Source: Toensbergia leucococca
Lineage: Eukaryota
Reading direction: 5' to 3'
Length of the DNA: 46,312 bases
Assembly (NCBI GenBank): GCA_022813965.1
Contig: JALDZS010000183.1
Location: forward strand, 1-46,312
This document shows, one piece after another, positions 1 to 11,759 of the stretch; the first letter of the stretch is position 1, and the number at the start of each line of letters is the position of its first letter. Made by a program: the position numbers and the translations under genes. Under the pieces are notes generated by a model. It saw only the letters and a list, made by a program, of their open reading frames with translations. It was not told the origin of the DNA and ran no database searches.

Positions 1-2
1 CA

Positions 3-677
3 CGTGAACGTCAAGCTCCACAAGGAGAAAGGCACTGGAGCATTTCCGATCGAGGCGTCTCTGCCGTACGCGGGAACGTTACCAAGCGAGATATCGCAGT
101 CGTCCACGCCTTGCTGCTGTCCTCGGGCGTCAAAGCCAACGAGATCTGTCGTCGCGCTCAGGAAATCCGCGATCCGCCTTCGCAGATGATGCTGGACTTG
201 CAACATATGGTCAAAAGCCCCTTACCGCCCATTCCCCGATGTGAGGAACACGCCTTCGCCGCACGTAGGCTCATCAAGAATATCGAGCTCAGCAATCGCC
301 AATTAGACGATGCGGCCGAACATCTGGCAAATTCCACCGTCCCTTCTCTACGCCGCAAGATCCAGGCCGTGGACGAGCACATCTCGCTCAAGCTGACGCC
401 TCTGGTGCGGGCAGCTGCCGACGACGCGGACGCATTTAGCACGGAGATTACGACCACGTGTACCTTGGCTGCGAAGCAACTGAATGATAGTATTGATTTG
501 ATACTGAGGAGACGGAGGAGAAGGCTGAGGTGGGCCAGGAGGGGCGGGTATGTGGTTCTGGAATGGATGCTGTTGGGGATTATGTGGTGGGTTTGGATGA
601 TTGTTGTTGTGGTGAGGTTGGCTAGGGGAATTGTGAAGGGGGTGGTTGTGGGGGTGAGGTGGGTTTTTTGGTTATGA
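3..677 (+). CDS. 3' part of conserved fungal hypothetical membrane protein (runs off window start)
   Basis: Frame is open from position 3 (RERQAPQGERHWSISDR...LLLSSGVKA) to TGA 677. C-terminus RRRRRLRWARRGGYVVLEWMLLGIMWWVW...VRWVFWL is a basic run plus hydrophobic helices that I recall in Pezizomycotina hypotheticals. Confidence 0.75.
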   Translation, partial: RERQAPQGERHWSISDRGVSAVRGNVTKRDIAVVHALLLSSGVKANEICRRAQEIRDPPSQMMLDLQHMVKSPLPPIPRCEEHAFAARRLIKNIELSNRQLDDAAEHLANSTVPSLRRKIQAVDEHISLKLTPLVRAAADDADAFSTEITTTCTLAAKQLNDSIDLILRRRRRRLRWARRGGYVVLEWMLLGIMWWVWMIVVVVRLARGIVKGVVVGVRWVFWL

Positions 678-2049
678 GGGCTGCTGGCATGGGGGGTTTG
701 GCGTGTTTCCTGGGGTATGGGGAATTTTTTTTGAGAGCGTTTTAGCGAGCATGACGTGCGTTGAGATGGGGGTTCCACTTGGTACCGTTTATGGGAGGTT
801 TTTCACGTGTATTTTGTTCCTGGAATAGCATCTTTCTGTGAAGAGTAGAGTCTAGATGATGTGACAGGGACGAGGTTTTTTTTTTCTATTTTTTTCTTGA
901 AATTTAGTTTGGGCACTTACTTTTTGTGCATGGAAACTCTGCAGGTCCCATGTGCTAGGATAATAAATCACTTTTTTCAGCAAAAATGTTTTTTTTTTGA
1001 AATTCAAATTCGGGTATGCTTGTTCTATTATTTTAATTTTTTTAGTTGGTGTTCTTCTTTTTAAAGTTTATTTTTCTCTAGAGTAGTGTTTCTTATTATT
1101 TTTTCTTTGAGATTCTCTTGTTTCTTCCTCACAGATTGATTTGCTATTGTTCTGTTTGCTTTTGTGTGTGTGTTGAAAAGAAAGGGATAGTGAGAAGAGT
1201 GAGAGCTGTGTTTTTGTTTTCTTTCACCTTCTTCTTATTCTTCTTCTTTGTGATGGTTTGAGGGGTTTTTTACATTTTGAATTTGAATGTGTTGGGTTGC
1301 GTTGAAATTGAAAGGTATGGTTTCTTTTGGGAGGAGAGTGAACTTGAGTGAAGCTACTCGTAGCTAAGGGAGAAAGGGTGTCACCATGGTCCGGTTTAAG
1401 AGTTTGTGTTTAAGAGCTGTGGATGATGATTGGTTTGAAGGCCCGTATAGATTTCAAAAAAATAAAATTGATGGGAAGACGGACCTGACTGACCGTGATT
1501 GCTTGAGTGGGCTGGAAATTTGTTGTGCGGGTCCGCGATTGGTGCGGGATCTCTTTTGTGGCCTATGACTCGTATCTCGACTTTTTACCTTACAACGAGT
1601 CTCGCGATTCCCTGGGCAATCAGGCTTTCCGAGTTTGGGCTCCCATTGGTCCTTCCCAGATGTTTGTTTTCTAGATGGATTTTTGCAAGCGTTTTTGGCA
1701 GCAGCACGGTCCGCGGCATTGTTGGACGGCTCACAAAGCCCAGTCATGCGGCATAGATTGTGGGTTCAGCGTGACACAATCTCGGGGGCATGGTGTTTGC
1801 TGCATGGCAGGCGACGCTGCCAACAAAGTTTCACTATGCTCGGAAATGTAAGGCTTGACGAGGATGAGATTGCCAATCATGTCCCCAGATTTGATCTGTT
1901 CGAGGTACCGCCAAATTTATCCATCGTTTTTTCATGATAAAATATTTCCGATTAGATAATTCTAATAAGGTCAACAAAACCAGCGATCGGATTGACAAGG
2001 TGAGGTTTTGCGTCATTCTAGAGACCTCTTCGTTCTTCTGAATGCTTGA

Positions 2050-4132
2050 ATGGACCCACTCACGGCTCTTGGAGCGGCGGGTTCCGCAGTCGGGATCGTC
2101 GATTTCGGCCTCAAACTGGGAATGAGTCTGGCAATGTACGTGGAAGCTGTGGCTACAGCCGATGTAAGGATTCGGAAGATCTCGACCGAGGTCAACAGTG
2201 TCGCTTCAGCCTTGGAGCAGCTTCAAAGGATCATTGAGCGAGACAAGGCGTGTTCAAGAAAAGCTGCACTGAGCCCCGAATGTTTGCGCGAAGTAGAGAA
2301 ACAAAGTCAGGAATGTGGCAAGATTTTTATAGAAATCGTGACGGCTCTCAATAAAGCTGGGAGAGGATTGAGCAGGCAATTGAAACCGGACAGAGCGCAG
2401 GTGCTTGTCCTTTCGAATTTAGATCGCCTCAAATGGCCCATGATCGCTCCTAAAATCAAAGTATTTCAGTTGGATCTGGAACATCACAAGTCTAACTTGC
2501 TGCTCATGATATCGATCATACAAGTGGCCCAATCTCAGAAACAGTAAGCTTCCAAAACCCGTGGTGCTTAAAATCGTACTTCCTTGAGTTTATATGAATT
2601 GCTTGCTAAGTAGTTCCTGGGACAGGGATGCGGTCTTGTTAAGATTGGCATGTCAGCTCGATGTCCAAACGAAAATTGCAAATAAAAGATTCAAGAGAAT
2701 ATTAGCAGCAAAGCTCAGATCCGAGGAAGACAATTCCAGTGCCACTGGAACTTGCGAAATTGGGGTATCAAGAGTTAATAGTGATACCAATCTTGAGGTT
2801 CTCAAGGACGATAGAGGTCATGGCTCGAAAGCAGTAGATCAAAGTAAAGCAGGGGAGGAAATAGGTGACTCAAGTAGCCTCAGAACCTTGGACGCTATTG
2901 ACACCGTCTCTGGTGGGCAAGAGACGACAGCTGATAAAGATGAAAGGGACTCATTGGTTTCGCAGGCAATGTCAAGAGCCACAGCTCGAGGAAGCCCAAA
3001 GTACTCAAACTCGGACGCAGGTTTGACAGACCAATCCAGAGCGAATAAAACGGCAGAAGACCAAGGGGCAAATCTTTTGAGAGTGGACGATGGACTTTAA
3101 GATACATCAAAAATCGAGACAGGCCATTCGCCTGCACTTGATGACCAATTCTCAATACCCGCTTTACAGTGAGTCCGTCTCTATGTTGCAAACGTTTGAA
3201 CTGTCATCACTCAGCCACCACGAATCAGGACTTCTCCAGGAACCGTGACGAAGACAGAACCGACCGAATCTACCAGGAAAAAAACGACGCTATGGCAGAA
3301 ATTGGTTGGCAGAGAGACAAATTGGAGAAACGGGGTTTCTGGCAACGAGTTGGAAGCTTACTCTTTTCACTCTGGTTGTGACGGTTGGGATGTCCTTGAA
3401 TTACCTCTCACCCATGAGGAGATAGAAAGAGAATTGAAACGTACAATAGGAAAGATAGGATACTCTGTGTGGAATGCCATAGGAAACTTAACAATTGGAG
3501 ACCGGCACGTAATCGGACATTTACTTTACCACTCATGGCGAAGAGACCACAAACGACGATTCTTGGTAGCTCTCCGCTTGCAAAAAGTCAGTGGCTTGAT
3601 GCCTCGAACGTCAAGAATGCGACGAGACTGTTGGAAGAATGTTTGTGTGTTCTTCCAGATAAGTACTAGCAAATGCGATTTCCTCCATTCAGAACATCCA
3701 TGGCCCTCCTATGGGCCACAAATACGCTCGCAAATAAACTCCGCGAGACGATGGCCAGGCTTCTGTGATCAGGCACCCAGTATTTTTAGCCAAACCAGCT
3801 CCGTATCAGCACAGCATTTTGACGATACATCAATATTGCAAGAGCCTAACGCTAGCCTCGGAACTAATAATCCAACTGTTCTTTTGAGACGTAAGAACAG
3901 TACGCCGAATCCCATACCGTGTGCTAGAAGCTTCAAACAAAGAGACAAATTGAAAACTATGAGAGTAAGAAAGTCGTATTCCTCAAGTGACAAAAAGCAC
4001 GATTCAGAAGCGACCGACTGGGCTAAAGATAGTGAGGATGAGGAGAATCTTGATGTTGTCGATCAATATTTGGCAAAATGGACCACCTTCTTTTCTCCTG
4101 TCGATGGAAGCGCTGGCGATCCAGAGCCATAG
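2050..4132 (+). CDS. HeLo-like/fungal STAND N-terminal-domain protein, possibly disrupted (in-frame TAA 3098-3100)
   Basis: N-terminus MDPLTALGAAGSAVGIVDFGLKL...LDRLKWP is typical of Helo_like_N/SesA-type domains. Intron 2544-2613 (GTAAGC..GCTAAG.TAG) keeps frame. Probable intron 3169-3228 joins to ORF 3245-4132, which ends in VVDQYLAKWTT. Confidence 0.6.
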
Positions 4133-4588
4133 TCGGAGGTATCTACGTCACTGCTCAAAGATCTTGTAAATTAGCATTCTGTGCGTTGGGAGCGTCGATG
4201 GGTCTCCTGCATTGGAAATTGATTTGTGGACGAGACAATCACCAAACAGCCCAGTGTTGATCTAGTGACGGCAAGGCACGAATCTTTGGGCTCATCCTTA
4301 CTTCGATAAATCCTGTGTAATCATAAAGAGGATTTTATGGTTCCAAACATGTCGTGAAGCTGTGTTTGGCAAATCAATCCTCCTATGTCGCCTTGTACTA
4401 GGTAGTCAATATTACACTCTTCTACGGAGTAGAATATGTTTTAGAATACGGATATTTTACGGAGTAGAATAGCTCGGTAATCTTTCCAAGCTTGTGATTG
4501 TGGACAACCTCACTGTCAGTCCTCGAGTTTGTCCCAACATCATTGTTTTTTCTTCAACCCTATCCGCCGTCAAAAGGCGCAGCTTGTC

Positions 4589-6996
4589 ATGCTGCGCACA
4601 AGTCTGCCTCTGAGTAGAAGGCTGGTCCTTGGATCAATTGGACCCAGGACCACCTCCCAATTGGCAGCTACAGTATGCAGAGACAACAATTTATCCCGAG
4701 TACGCGTTAGTAAATCAAGCCTTCTTATTGCTGCGCTAACATCCGCCGATAGAGATCTTTCGCCGATACGAAAAAGCCGGACCCTAATACTAAGCCAAGC
4801 ATCCACGATTCTGATACTATAGTGCTCCCTGGCTCGCAGAGCCAGACGGCGAAAGGACCTACACCTCCAGCTCCAGGCCCCGTGGCTTCAGTATCGCCTA
4901 CAACTCCATCGCCTGCAACCCCGAGCTCAGATACGACAATCCTGCCTGAGAACATTCCATTAGTACCCCCCCCACCTCCCGCCGCGAGGATCCAGACTGC
5001 TCCGCCCACATCCATACCCCCTATTACTGCCCGTGATGTCAGCCCCTCCCCTCCTTCGAGCTCACCTCCAGTTGCACCCAGCCAGCCACCTCAGCCTCCT
5101 CCATGGCGGAAGCCTCGACGTTTCCGGAATTTTCTCCTGAGTTTGTTCTTACTAGGTGGTCTCAGCTACGCGGGTGCGGTGTATTATTCCCTAGTATCAG
5201 ACAACTTTCATGATTTTTTCACCGAATACATTCCCTTCGGCGAGCAAGCAGTCCTCTACTTTGAAGAACGAGACTATCGAAGACGCTTCCCGAACGCTCA
5301 GAATACATCGAATCGTTCTTCATCTTCCATAGACTCCGGGAATAAGATCACAATCCCAAGTAAAAGCGGATTATCATGGCGGGTGATGGATCAGCCAGCC
5401 CAAGGTAGCGACTTGGGGACCAAAGGCCCCCACATGAGTGCGCTTAGAGGAGACAAGCCCAATCCAGCCGTAGAGGATACCAAGCAGACTCCGTCCAACG
5501 CTACAGGCAGCGAGAAGAGCAAAGCTGTCGATCAGGCAAAGAAAGGTGCACTTGCTTCAGGGAAGACGGAGGCCAAACCTCCCATCCAGCAGCCGAAGGA
5601 TGATCCTGAACCTCAACAAAAGCAACCTGGAAAGCCTACTTTGACACCCGCAACAGCACCATCATCCCCTAAAATTCCAGAGAAACCGCCGACAAGGTCG
5701 CCAGAAGTCAATGAACCCAGCGTAATCATGCCCACTCCCCGAATTGATCCTCTGAAAATCGACAATGCCAATGAGCCAATAGTGCAAGATTTAGTAAAGA
5801 TAGTCAACGACATCATCACCGTAGTAAACGCCGACAACGCTTCTGGGAAGTTTTCCTCCTCGATCAGTAAAGCAAAGTCCGAGCTCGCCAGCGTAGGCAG
5901 CAAGATCCTAGCACTAAAGGAAACCGAGCAGAAAAGAGCTGATGAAAAAATAAAGTCGACACAAACAGACTTTGACCAAGCAGCAAGAGAGCTCGTCAGG
6001 CGCCTTGAAGAAGAAATGCGCGACCAAGAAGCCAGATGGAAAGATGAATTTGAAACAGAGCGTGACAGAATCTCCCAATCCTATCAAGACCGCCTGGAGA
6101 ACGAACTCTCCCGCTCCCAAAAGGTCTCCGACCAGCGTGTCCGCAACCAGCTCCTCGAACAAGCAATCTCCCTTAAGAAAGACTTCCTCTCCTCCGTCAC
6201 CTCGCGGGTGGAGACTGAACGCAGCGGGCGTCTCTCCAAGCTCTCCGAACTCAGCACCAGTGTCTCCGAACTCGAGCAATTAACCTCGGACTGGAACGCC
6301 GTCATAAACGCCAACCTGCAAACCCAGCACCTTCAAGTTGCCATTGAAGCCGTCCGGTCCGCCCTCGCCACCGCCGACCGCCCCAAGCCTTTTGTCCGCG
6401 AACTCTCCGCTCTCAAAGACCTCGCCGCCGACAACACCCTCGTCAACGCCGCCATCGCCTCCATAAATCCCACCGCTTACCAACGCGGCGTCGCTACTCC
6501 CGCACAACTTATCGACCGCTTCCGCCGCGTGGCCGCCGAGGTGCGCAAGGCGTCCTTGCTGCCCGAGGACGCGGGCGTGGCGAGCCATGCTGCCAGTTGG
6601 GCACTGAGTAAAGTGCTGTTTCGGAAGCAAGGCATGACGGTTGGGGACGATGTGGAGAGCGTGCTTACGCGGACGGAGACGTTGCTGGAGGAGGGCAAGC
6701 TAGATGAGGCTGCTAGGGAGATGAATGGGTTGGGGGGGTGGGCGAAGAGGCTGAGTTTGGATTGGTTGGGGGAGGTGAGGAGGGCGTTGGAGGTTAGGCA
6801 GGCTATGGATGTGAGTCCTTTTTTTTCCCCTGTCCGCCCCCTAAGTCTTTAATTTTTTGTGCGCTGGATCTGGGAAGCTTCTCTCTTTGGATGCTGCCGG
6901 GTCTCCTTTGACAAATGGATGGCAATGCTGATAGTGGTGTGGTGTGAACAGGTCATTGCCACCGAGGCGCGCTTGCAGAGCTTGAGGGTCGATTGA
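4589..6996 (+). CDS. MIC60: MICOS subunit Mic60 (mitofilin)
   Basis: Exons 4589-4699, 4753-6810 and 6952-6996 join in frame. Mitochondrial presequence, TM followed by YYSLVSDNFHDFFTEYIPFGE, coiled coil, and mitofilin domain ending VIATEARLQSLRVD. Confidence 0.95.
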
Positions 6997-7631
6997 TTGA
7001 TGCCGTGGTGGCCTTGGCTCTTTTCACGTTATTCGCTCTGACGAAGTACGTAGGCAGAGTTGTGAATGCCTCTCTTGTAGATAAAATAAAGAAATGGTTG
7101 TTGGTTGATTGCTTGCTTGCTTACTTCTGCGCTCTTTTCCTGTCGTGGAGTCTCCGTTGGATGCAGAGGTGGGATTTTGGTATGTATTATTTGCGAGCAG
7201 TTCATCTACTCATATTTACTCATGTGTCATGTTAATGTGGCGGAAGATACCAATATTTGTCGAGGTGATAAATGAACGATCTTTCGTGGATAGGTTTGGA
7301 TGCCACCCACACGTAAGGCAGGTTTCACGGCTAAAGAGTAGAGAGCAGCATACAAATTACAACAACCACATTTTCCTCTTCAATGCCATTAATTTACATT
7401 CTTTTCCTTTCAGTGCTGCCAAGATGCAAGCATGACAATGACAATCCGCCAGCATACTTAAGAAATGAAACTATCGCAAAGCCAATTTTGACCAGTTCCC
7501 ATATTTCATCAATACAACAACACCACCACTTCGACCGCCCTTTTTCTTCTTTTTAATTTTCAATGTCTACCAATCAAGGCCGATGCATAGGATCCGATCT
7601 TAATGTAGACGACAAAGATTTTGCGAGGTAT

Positions 7632-8729
7632 CTACGCACCCTCATCATCTTCCCCGACACGGAGAGTTCCCTCCTTGCCGAGACCGTTGGCCCAGAAGCC
7701 TTCAAGAGAGAAAGAGCTAAAAGTATTGTCAGAGGCTGTAATGATGATTCCGGGACTGATACTCACCTCGATGCTAGGCTATCGTGAGTGAAGAGAAGCC
7801 AGAAACCGAAGACTGGCTTGGCGAGGACATCGAGAACGGCGTAAGCGATGATTTCACCGTCCACGCCAATTAATCGAGAACCGTCGGCAACACCCCAGAT
7901 ACTGAGACAATTAGAGCATGTTCTTATACTGCATAAGGTACAAGTATACATACATTGGGTACACGGTCCAGAGGATCAAGGTGAATCCGCCGATGGCAGC
8001 GAAAAAGGTGCCTGTCTTGGCATTGTTGTTCATGGCGACAGCACGGCCGTGAATGGCGAGCTGATAGACAACGACGAGGTAGGCAATACAAGCAAAGGTA
8101 TAGTATCCCCATTTCGCGCCCTCTGCTTCAACGAAAGCAGCGAAGAGTCCGGTCAAAATCATGATGAGGTCAGCAACGACGGCAACGAGGATATCGGCAC
8201 CACTCAGGCCAGCAAGGAAGCAGAGATCCATGAGCAGAAGAGGGGTGGTAAGACTCCAATCGACATAGCGGGCCCAGTAGACCTCACGGTAGACGGTCTG
8301 GGTGGTGTCGGGTACATGATTGTGTTGTTCCTTGAGAGTGATTTCATTGACGCCAACACCATCACCGCATGCCATGGCGAAGTAGGAAATGGCGGCAAAA
8401 GTAGTGATGAAGGAAGTTAAAATGTGGAACAGGCGTTTTTGCTAGTTTCCATTAGTTCGGACTGGTGTTTACCAGCTTTGAAGTGATGAAACTTACGACT
8501 GGGACACGGAAAGCCATTGCGTAGAATGCGAGCGAGGAGATGAGCATGATCACGAAGACAACCCTAGCAATATATAAATAGATGATTCCTGTAATCTTTG
8601 AGAGTATTAATACCATAAGACACGTTTGCCAGCGTCGCCAGCAAGTTGATAGATGGGGGTGTTGCCTGGGAAAACAGTGGGGATTGGAGCAACGCTCGAG
8701 GCCTTCATGATGGCTGATTTCACGGTCAT
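7632..8729 (-). CDS. Fungal microbial rhodopsin (Leptosphaeria rhodopsin-like opsin)
   Basis: Four introns. Helix C YWARYVDWSLTTPLLLMDL (R, D, W, T, D), helix G AYAVLDVLAKPVFG with Schiff-base Lys, C-terminus GFWANGLGKEGTLRVGEDDEGA*. Confidence 0.93.
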
Positions 8730-9595
8730 AATAAAGGTGGGTAGATGATGGATGTATTTTCAAATATGATTAATTGAAAGATAACTTGGAGTACAGAAGG
8801 AAGTGTGGATGGATGTCGAAGGGTAATGTAAGGTGGGTGGAGCAAAACAGGAGGAAGAGGAGCTTCATTTAGCGCTGCAGACTAGCTCACCTTTGCGGGG
8901 TTAAATGGCAGTTCCAAGGCACAATAACAATCAAATCCCCTTTCGTCATCATTTTGCCTATATTCTGAACAAGCGCCAAACCGAACCACTTTCCTAGTTC
9001 CTACATCTCCGTGCCGCACATGACACAGCCTGAGAGGGGCCTGATATTTGATAGAATCAAATGGGTAGACATTGATAGTCTCGATAATGCATCAACAGTC
9101 CTACCATCTGTTTCTGACGGCTATTCCAACCTATGGCTTCCGCCGCCGATGTGGAGAATTTAGACTGGTCACGAGTGGCTGTTTACCTTATGTATGCAGA
9201 GCACAGGCAGCTACATGACATCGATTGGATATCTAGACCTTCATAATGTAATTAGTTTCAAGCTTCCCCGCTTATCGTGGGGCTTGTGACTGAGACTTTG
9301 TAACAGCCACCTGCAGGCCTGGTTGGATGGAGAGGTAGCACAGCCGGACTAAGATTTCGCATGCTAGAAGGATCGGATTGCGGCCAAGGAGTCTGAGCCT
9401 CAATTGCTAAGCTCCCGCTCGATCGTGTGCATGCCAGAGCCCAGAGGTGAAATATCAACCTCAAGCTTCCATGGATACTCGACATGATGTACACGAAATT
9501 GCCGGACGAAAAATCCGAACAGATAATGGGTTCATCGATGAGATCTGAAAAAGACAAAATTCTTTTACCTTGGGGAACTTCATAGCCAGTCGGCG

Positions 9596-9608
9596 CAATG
9601 ACTCATTG
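9596..9608. promoter_or_regulatory. Perfect Gcn4/CpcA (AP-1) site in opsin-ZIP divergent promoter
   Basis: CAATGACTCATTG, with ATGACTCAT core at 9598-9606 and palindromic flanks. Confidence 0.45.
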
Positions 9609-10150
9609 AAATCACAAAAGCAAACGCGCGTCGATATGCATCCTGTCCTTGACCTGCCTACGACAGAGAACGATCGGTTATGAAATTAAAACCAATACAG
9701 AGTGAGACAGGTACGATGATGAATTAAAACACCAAATGCGGGGTTCAACGGAGCCCCAAGTTTCTCCGGGCCAGATGATAGATACTTTCTGCCGAATCAT
9801 CTCACGCAATTAAGTCGGCCATGCTTCCGGCTGCAGCAAACCATGCTCTTCAACTGTCGTTCTCTGTCCTCATTATCTTCTTGCAACACTCTTTGACTAG
9901 CTGTATTTGTCACGCCATCGAAACCACCGCCGTCGCTCTTTAAGTCAGCCAATGTCCCTCCACGCGCGACCAAATACAACGAAGTCCATCCTCTTCCTTT
10001 AGCCCTTTGATCCGACGATCCAGTTGAACCTCGCAATTGTTTCCCTCGTTGCCCAATAACGCCATCGTCCTTTTACGAACACCACCTCCAGGCTACACCG
10101 TTGTTCAATCCAATCGCCCAGGTCATTCTACCTGAAGGCAAGGAAGCAGA

Positions 10151-11509
10151 ATGCACAGCCTAGAAGCCATCAAGAGGGGCCTGCACGATCTTCTAGGCCA
10201 GGGAAGTCGACAGGCTACAGTAACCATCAGTTGTGCCCCTAGAAATGACTACGACGGAAGGATAGGTCTCCGCGTGTCTGCCATATTCGTGATTCTAATA
10301 GGCTCATTTTTCGGTAAGTCTTGTACATGAACAGTGGATGATGTCCAGAGTGAATTAATGGGTTGAGAAAGGTGCCGTCTTTCCAGTCTATGTAAGTCGA
10401 CATCGCGGCGTCGGGGTGCCAGAATGGGCTTTTTTCATCGCCAAGTACTTTGGTTCAGGGGTAATTATCGCAACAGCATTTATACACGTAGGTAGAATCT
10501 GTAATTTCATACTGCGAAAAAATGGCCTTTTCTTATAACAAGATTCACTTGTGGCTCTCCCTAGCTCATGCTTCTCCTTTTTTGAATATCTACCAATACT
10601 TTTCCTGGAGACATGCAGCTATCTAGCACTACAGCTGACTTTAATTAGCTTCTTGCTCCCGCAAATGCCGCACTCACAGATCCGTGCCTGACCGGTCCCA
10701 TCACCGAGTATGACTGGGTAGAGGGCATAGCCTTGATGACAATATTCGTCCTCTTCGGCACCGAACTCATGGTTATGCGTTACTCCACATTCGGCCACAC
10801 CCATGATCATGAAGAGGAAAATGATACACAATTAGCTGCTGCTCCTCTTCGACTCTCCTCCAGCATAAGTCCAGGGCATACACCTGGCGAGGACCACCTC
10901 GGCCACTCAAGAGATCATACTGACAACGATGGAGTAGAAGCAAAGGGAAAAGAAACCGAAGACTACGCGGCTCAGATGACGGCAATCTTCATTCTCGAGT
11001 TCGGAGTGGTATTCCATTCCATTTTCGTGGGCTTAACGCTAGCCGTAGCCGGACCCGAGTTCAACACACTATACGTAGTACTCGTTTTCCACCAGACGTT
11101 CGAAGGGCTAGGTCTCGGCTCAAGACTGGCTGTTACGCCCTGGCCGAAGTCGAAAGGATGGACGCCTTATATCTTGGCGGTGATCTACAGCCTTTCAACC
11201 CCAATCGCTCTGGCCGTCGGTCTTGGCGTACGCAAATTATACGAACCAGGCTCACAGACGGCTCTGATTGTCAACGGGGTCTTTGATTCGATCAGTGCTG
11301 GTATTCTGATCTACACGGGCTTGGTGGAGCTAATGGCACATGAATTCATGTTCAGCGAGGTGATGCGGAAGGCGAAGTTGAAGGTGGTTTTAAGTGCGTT
11401 CGGTATGATGTGTTTAGGTGCAGGTAAGTGGAGGCAAGTCTCTGAACGTTTTAAAGATTGCAACTGACATTTTCTAGCGCTGATGGCTTTATTGGGTAAA
11501 TGGGCTTGA
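10151..11509 (+). CDS. ZIP-family zinc transporter (Zrt/ZrfB-like)
   Basis: Exon 1 encodes CAPRNDYDGRIGLRVSAIFVIL. Also KYFGSGVIIATAFIH, a His-rich loop (HTHDHEEE), LEFGVVFHSIFVGL, FHQTFEGLGLG and a LMALLGKWA* ending. Three introns. Confidence 0.93.
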
Positions 11510-11759
11510 TTTCACATAAATATTCCGTGGAGACAAAGTTGAGATATTAAACCGCCTGCTTTTCTTTCAACTAGAAGCCCTGGGCATATTATAGATTAAT
11601 TCTGCACATAGAACGTCATCATCTCATGGCTCCGCAGCGGCCTTGACTCGCTACGACCTTGTTGATATAAGACATCTCTCCATCAAATTCGTTCACATTA
11701 TATCAGCATTTACACGTATCGATCGATTCTGAATATCTTACCTTTCTCATCGATATCCC

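Noticed and set aside
158..778. 206-aa minus ORF and other long antisense ORFs (e.g. 7848-8420, 34113-35396)
   Set aside because: Antisense shadows of real genes, favoured by skewed codon usage.
700..1450. T/G-rich AT-rich stretch as a transposon remnant
   Set aside because: No terminal repeats, target duplication or transposase traces; treated as the G/T flank of a skew switch.
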